From: Fidelibacterota bacterium
Lineage (GTDB): Bacteria; Fidelibacterota; Marinisomatia; Marinisomatales; S15-B10
Reading direction: 5' to 3'
Assembly (NCBI GenBank): GCA_046861655.1
Contig: JBHIAI010000061.1
Coordinates: 1-10,417, forward strand
DNA length: 10,417 bases
In this document: positions 6,012 through 10,417 of the stretch, piece by piece
Layout: each line of letters opens with the position of its first letter
How positions within the stretch are numbered: the first letter of the stretch is position 1
Notes under the pieces: generated by a model
The model's input: only the letters and a program-made list of their open reading frames with translations
Database searches by the model: none
What the model was told of the DNA's origin: nothing
Program-made: the position numbers and the translations under genes

Positions 6012-6479
6012 ATGTCCCTGTACGATCGTCTCCAAACAGCCATGCAAAAGGCTATGAAGGAGGGCGAGCGGGAGAAAGCAACAACCCTTCGAACCCTCAT
6101 GGCCCGCCTGAAAGAAAAAACCATCGACAAAGGAAAAGACCTTACCGAAACAGAGGAACAGAACGTTCTTCAGCAGGCCGCGAAACAGAGACGGGAAGCT
6201 ATTGGCTTCTTCAAAAAGGGTAACCGGGACGACCTGGTCCAGGCAGAAACCCGGGAGCTGTCCATTATCGAATCTTACCTCCCCAAACCTCTTTCGTTGG
6301 AGGACCTGATCAGGATCGTGGAGGAAATCATAAAAGAGACCGGGGCCGAGACCCAGAAGGATATGGGTCGCGTCATGCCGGCGGTCATGAGGGAAGTATA
6401 CGGTCGGGCCGATGGGAAAATGGTCCAGGAACTGGTAAGAGAAAGACTTTCCCGGAATAACCGGGATTCTCAACAGTAG
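6012..6479 (+). CDS. yqeY: GatB/YqeY domain protein
   Basis: MSLYDRLQTAMQKAMKEGE, KQRREAIGFFKKGNRDDL..E..EL.II..YLPKPLS, and KDMGRVM.AVM....GRADGK.V...VR..L motifs; RBS GAGG. Confidence 0.93.
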   Translation: MSLYDRLQTAMQKAMKEGEREKATTLRTLMARLKEKTIDKGKDLTETEEQNVLQQAAKQRREAIGFFKKGNRDDLVQAETRELSIIESYLPKPLSLEDLIRIVEEIIKETGAETQKDMGRVMPAVMREVYGRADGKMVQELVRERLSRNNRDSQQ

Positions 6480-6484
6480 CCCAG

Positions 6485-7033
6485 GTGAGCATGGCTTTTG
6501 ACCTCATCGCCCTGGGCGTCATCGCCATTCTTGCGGCCATCGGATACAGCCGGGGCTTTCTTGAGGAACTGGGGCGCATTTTCGCTCTGGCCGTGGCCAC
6601 GATCGTTGCCCTAACCTTTACCCGCCCTGTGACTTCCTGGCTCCAGAATCCAACCGGCCTGGACGTTTCCCTTCTCACCTTTATCACCTTCTTCACCCTC
6701 TTTTTCGCCTTTCTTTTTGTCACAAGGCTATTGATAAAAACGCTCCAGGTGTTTATGCTCACAAAAGGAATCCGGTGGGCAAACAGAACATTGGGCCTCA
6801 TGTTCGGAGGACTGAAAGGAGTCGTTTCCATCATGATACTTCTGTGGTTTATGGATCTCGTCCCAAATCCTGAGTACTTCAGCGGAATCCGGACCCGATC
6901 CTACGTCTACCGGAACGTCACGAACACAAGACAGTGGATCATCGACTCGTTCGGTCTGGATGATCCGGCAGACAGAACTGAATCCTGGGTGAAGGAAAGA
7001 ATAGGAGTGGGCGGCGACACCCTTCCCGATTAG
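6485..7033 (+). CDS. cvpA: CvpA (colicin V production) family membrane protein
   Basis: FDLI......A.IGYSRGFLEEL and NRTLGLMFGGLKG motifs, four hydrophobic segments. Start GTG 6485 or ATG 6491. Confidence 0.88.
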   Translation: MSMAFDLIALGVIAILAAIGYSRGFLEELGRIFALAVATIVALTFTRPVTSWLQNPTGLDVSLLTFITFFTLFFAFLFVTRLLIKTLQVFMLTKGIRWANRTLGLMFGGLKGVVSIMILLWFMDLVPNPEYFSGIRTRSYVYRNVTNTRQWIIDSFGLDDPADRTESWVKERIGVGGDTLPD

Positions 7034-7060
7034 GGACACCAGGATTTTCAACGATTAACC

Positions 7061-8884
7061 ATGGGACGAATACGCCAGGAAACGATTGACCAGATCCGGG
7101 ATACGGCCGACATCCTGGACGTGGTCAGCGATTATGTGGACCTGAGGAAACGGGGAAGGAATTTCTTCGGTCTCTGCCCCTTCCATCCCGAGACGACCCC
7201 CTCCTTCAGCGTCGCCCCCGACAAGCAAATCTTTCACTGTTTCGGCTGCGGCACCGGAGGCAATGTCATCACATTCTTGATGGAATACGAAAAAGTGAGT
7301 TTCGTAGAGGCCCTCCAAAAACTGGCTCGGCGAACGGGCGTGAAGGTGGTTATGGAAGAAGGGGGACCGGGAACGAAATTCACCTCCGGCCTCTACCGGA
7401 TCCACGAGCTGGCCATGGCCCTGTACCAGAAAAACCTGAAAAGCGATGCGGGGAAAAAGGTCCGGACATACCTCAAGGAAGAACGGGGACTCACCGACCA
7501 GACCCTGGAAAAGTTTTCCATCGGACTGTCCCTGGAGAGTTGGGACCAGCTGCTAGAGCTTGCCCGGTCCAAGAAAGCCTCCGAGGATATCATAGAAAAG
7601 TCGGGACTCTTCACCCGAACCCAGAAGGGGATCTTTGACAGATTCCGCACCCGGCTCATGTTTCCCATCGCCAACAGGGCCGGAAGGGTGGTGGCCTTCG
7701 CAGGGAGGGACCTGGAAGGAACGAGTCAGGCAAAATACCTGAACTCGCCCGAGACACCCGTCTACAACAAGAGCGAAATCCTCTACGGCTTGTCCCAGGC
7801 CAAAGACGCTATCCGGAAATCCGGATCCGTCGTAGTGGTAGAGGGGTACATGGACGTATTGCAGCTCGTCCAGAACGGTATCCAGAATGTGGTGGCAACC
7901 TCTGGAACGGCCTTTACCGAAACCCACGTGACCGAAATCCGAAAAGTTACAGACACCGTTTATCTCGCTTATGATGGGGACATGGCCGGGAGAAAAGCCG
8001 CCGTCTCCGCCGGATATCACGTGTTGAGAGGGGGATTGATCCCCGAAGTGGTGACCATCCCGGATGGGAGTGATCCTGACAGCTGGGTCAGGGAAGAAGG
8101 TCCCGATGCCCTCCTCAATTCCATAAAGGGTTCCAGCGACCTGCTGGATTACCACTTCGCCCATACCGCTTACGATCTTACCAAACCTACCCGCCGGTCC
8201 CAGCTGGCCCGGGAAATTCTGGCGGAACTAAAGGGAATTCCCGATGAGATCGTCCGCCGGCATACTGTGAAAAAACTGGCTGAGATGCTCGACGTGGGAG
8301 ACGATGTCCTCATGAGAATGATGGCCCGGGACCTCAGGGGATTTTACCCGACCCTGTCCTCCACTCCCCGGGTCCGGGAGGATCCGTCAACTGAAGGAAA
8401 GGACCGGTGGGAGGTTACCAGCTCTACCGACCGGGCCCAGATGGAAATTGTGTCTCTCCTGGCGGCGGGAGATCCGTCCACGGTGGTCCTCCTGACCCAG
8501 AATCTCAATCTCGACCATTTTTCCAATCCTGTCATGAAGTCCCTGGTCCGGTACCTGATCCCCAGGATCGAGCACTCCTCGAAGGCGGGTTCCGATCTGT
8601 CTGGGGCCCTGGACCAGTTCCAGAAGAAATCCGATCGCGATCTCGCCAGCAAGGTTCTGTATGAAGCCGTCCCTCACAGCGATCCCCACCGGGTGGCCGT
8701 GGACTGCCTCATCACCCTGGAACAGACCCAACTGAAGAGGGACTTAGTCGAACAGCGAGTGAGGCTCAGGGACCTGGAAAAGAACGGTTCCGACTCCTCG
8801 TCTGCCCTCACGGATTTCGTGAAACTGCAGGAACAGCTGCAGGCCCTGGAGCAGAAGCGGACCGAACTGTTGAACCTGAGGTAA
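7061..8884 (+). CDS. dnaG: DNA primase
   Basis: CHC2 zinc finger (CPFH.E.TPSF...FHCFGC), DRFR.RLMFPI, KYLNSPET, TOPRIM motifs VEGYMDV and YDGD.AG, DPD motif; 607 aa. Confidence 0.98.
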   Translation: MGRIRQETIDQIRDTADILDVVSDYVDLRKRGRNFFGLCPFHPETTPSFSVAPDKQIFHCFGCGTGGNVITFLMEYEKVSFVEALQKLARRTGVKVVMEEGGPGTKFTSGLYRIHELAMALYQKNLKSDAGKKVRTYLKEERGLTDQTLEKFSIGLSLESWDQLLELARSKKASEDIIEKSGLFTRTQKGIFDRFRTRLMFPIANRAGRVVAFAGRDLEGTSQAKYLNSPETPVYNKSEILYGLSQAKDAIRKSGSVVVVEGYMDVLQLVQNGIQNVVATSGTAFTETHVTEIRKVTDTVYLAYDGDMAGRKAAVSAGYHVLRGGLIPEVVTIPDGSDPDSWVREEGPDALLNSIKGSSDLLDYHFAHTAYDLTKPTRRSQLAREILAELKGIPDEIVRRHTVKKLAEMLDVGDDVLMRMMARDLRGFYPTLSSTPRVREDPSTEGKDRWEVTSSTDRAQMEIVSLLAAGDPSTVVLLTQNLNLDHFSNPVMKSLVRYLIPRIEHSSKAGSDLSGALDQFQKKSDRDLASKVLYEAVPHSDPHRVAVDCLITLEQTQLKRDLVEQRVRLRDLEKNGSDSSSALTDFVKLQEQLQALEQKRTELLNLR

Positions 8885-8885
8885 G

Positions 8886-9875
8886 TTGAAATCCCCATGT
8901 CTTCTGTCGGGGGGGTTCCTGATCATTCCCCCCCTGTTTCTGGTCCTTACTGTCTTGATTCTCCCTCCTTCCTCCCTCGCCCAGGAAAAGGCCCCAGCGC
9001 CCACGGAAACCGTCAAGTATTTCAAGACCAGGCTCATGCGGACCGACATTCTAAGAAATGAAATCGATGCGGAACAGGCGAGCCGGGTTAACCACTTCCG
9101 GGCCGTCTACGATCATCGTGGAAACCTCCTGAGAATCGAGTTCGTTCCCAGGGGCGACCTTCAGAGGAAACGGGTCCGGAAACGGGATCTTTTCCCCCGC
9201 CCTCAGGCCCCCTTTCGATACTTTCGGGCCTGGAATCCCTACACGAAAAGCCTTGGGAATGAAATTCCCCAGCAGAAGGTGAGCGGTGGCCCCTTTTACC
9301 GGGTCTCATACCTCGATAGCGTTCACGTGAAGACTGTTGAATACTTCCTGAGAAGGAATCGTCTGCTGTGGACCTACTATCTTCAGTGGAATCCCGAAGA
9401 GACCCATGCCGACCTTCACATTGTCTTCGCCACCCGCCGGCCTCTGACCGTGCTGGATCCCCATCTCTTCCACCCCGCGGCGAGTGAAATGAGGCCCGGC
9501 TGGATCGCGGAATTCAGGCAGAACCGCCTGGGAAGGCCACTCGGCCTCACCGTCCGCGACGACGTGGGAAACGTGTATTACTTCTACCGGTTTGAGCACT
9601 CCTACGAAACCGTGGGGGATACCCTGAATCCCGTCACTCATCGCGTCACCTCGGCCCGCTACTTTCGATCCGACAGCACGCTCATAGGCGCCCACCGACT
9701 GGTCTTTTCTGAGGAAAACAGTCTCTTGAAAAAGGAATTCTATGATGCCCGGGGAGATCTCACCGAATCCATCGAATACGAATATGATCCTGAGCTTGAG
9801 GAAGTCTCCGTCGTCATCCGGGATCCCAAAGGGAATATCCTTCACCGCCAGGTTCTCCCCCAGAGGTCCGACTAA
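8886..9875 (+). CDS. Hypothetical secreted protein with YD-like beta-hairpin repeats
   Basis: 329-aa ORF starting (TTG) 1 nt after the dnaG stop. Hydrophobic N-terminus ending SSLA-QEK. Recurring segments VYDHRGNLLRIEF, FYDARGDLTESIEYEYD and RDPKGNILHRQ. Confidence 0.7.
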   Translation: MKSPCLLSGGFLIIPPLFLVLTVLILPPSSLAQEKAPAPTETVKYFKTRLMRTDILRNEIDAEQASRVNHFRAVYDHRGNLLRIEFVPRGDLQRKRVRKRDLFPRPQAPFRYFRAWNPYTKSLGNEIPQQKVSGGPFYRVSYLDSVHVKTVEYFLRRNRLLWTYYLQWNPEETHADLHIVFATRRPLTVLDPHLFHPAASEMRPGWIAEFRQNRLGRPLGLTVRDDVGNVYYFYRFEHSYETVGDTLNPVTHRVTSARYFRSDSTLIGAHRLVFSEENSLLKKEFYDARGDLTESIEYEYDPELEEVSVVIRDPKGNILHRQVLPQRSD

Positions 9876-9931
9876 CCCTCTCGACGCTTTCGCCTCACCC
9901 TTTCGCTTCGAGAGACCCTCTCAACATCCAC

Positions 9932-9971
9932 GTCATTACGAGCCCCGCCCGGGCGGGATCGTCGCAATGAC
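9932..9971. repeat. REP-like extragenic palindrome (GTCATT.CGA...TCGCAATGAC)
   Basis: Arms gtcattacga (9932-9941) and tcgcaatgac (9962-9971) pair at 9 of 10 positions and enclose a perfect 14-bp palindrome cccgcccgggcggg (9944-9957). Lies between convergent genes. Confidence 0.6.
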
Positions 9972-9994
9972 CCGACTGACGTGACGTCGGTCCA

Positions 9995-10024
9995 GATACA
10001 GAAAGCCCTCCAACCGGAGGGCTT
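9995..10024 (-). terminator. Probable rho-independent terminator of the TonB-dependent receptor gene
   Basis: 9-bp stem aagccctcc (10003-10011) / ggagggctt (10016-10024) with a 4-nt loop, ending in a U-rich tail on the minus strand (GGGCTTTCTGTAT), about 35 nt after the stop. Confidence 0.65.
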
Positions 10025-10057
10025 CCCACGTAAGCGGTACGAGTAAGCTGCGTCAGA

Positions 10058-10417
10058 CTAGAAGTTCACTGTCAGACCGGCATTGAAGTACCTGGGCAGA
10101 CCGAAGAAGACCTCCGCATCGTCAGCAGCGTGATTCTTTCCATCGCCGGTGTAAGCGTTGTACTGACTGTTGTCCACGGCATCCTGAATGTACACCGTAT
10201 CCAGCAGATTAAAGACATGGGCGAACACCTGGAGTTTGACGGGTCCCAGAGTAATGGGTAGATTGTACAATACATGAAGATCAATCAGGCTGTAGTTCGG
10301 AGCAAGCCAGCTCTGGTCCCTGTCCGTGGCATCGGTCCGCGTGAACGGGTTGAAATCAGCATAGTGATTCGAGTAACTCTTGAAAACGAGCTGACCGGTT
10401 AACCCGCTTATGGGGAA
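10058..10417 (-). CDS. TonB-dependent receptor, C-terminal fragment (5'-partial)
   Basis: The frame is open to the window end: FPISGLTGQLVFKSYSNHYADF...APNYSLIDLHVLYNL...VFAHVFNLLDTVY...GLPRYFNAGLTVNF*. NL.D..Y, the PR.F..G C-terminal box and terminal Phe are typical of TBDRs. Confidence 0.9.
   Translation of the reverse strand, partial: FPISGLTGQLVFKSYSNHYADFNPFTRTDATDRDQSWLAPNYSLIDLHVLYNLPITLGPVKLQVFAHVFNLLDTVYIQDAVDNSQYNAYTGDGKNHAADDAEVFFGLPRYFNAGLTVNF

Noticed and set aside
4523..9845. Minus-strand ORFs opposite the Rrf2, hemerythrin, yqeY, cvpA, dnaG and hypothetical genes
   Set aside because: Antisense shadow ORFs typical of GC-rich coding DNA.
1..10417. CRISPR array, tRNA or rRNA genes
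   Set aside because: No regularly spaced repeat-spacer units, cloverleaf or rRNA-like sequence were seen.

Overview
Bacterial genomic window, moderately GC-rich, standard genetic code. The TonB-dependent receptor and likely outer-membrane barrel indicate a diderm; an FCB-group organism is only a guess. Left (1-3669, minus strand): an apparent operon of a Cys-free putative outer-membrane beta-barrel, an 11-heme cytochrome c, a 4-heme lipoprotein cytochrome c, a 4-heme cytochrome c554-like protein, and a membrane-anchored NapC/NirT-like multiheme cytochrome that runs off the window and is absent from the ORF track. Together they look like a porin-cytochrome trans-envelope electron conduit. Divergent from it is a redox-sensing module (Rrf2, hemerythrin-like, Rrf2), with two copies of a candidate operator GGATA-N4-GGTCT in the shared intergenic region. 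Then come an unassigned ~140-nt structured RNA-like element with a possible pseudoknot, housekeeping genes (YqeY, CvpA, dnaG), a secreted hypothetical protein, a REP-like palindrome, a terminator, and the C-terminus of a convergent TonB-dependent receptor.
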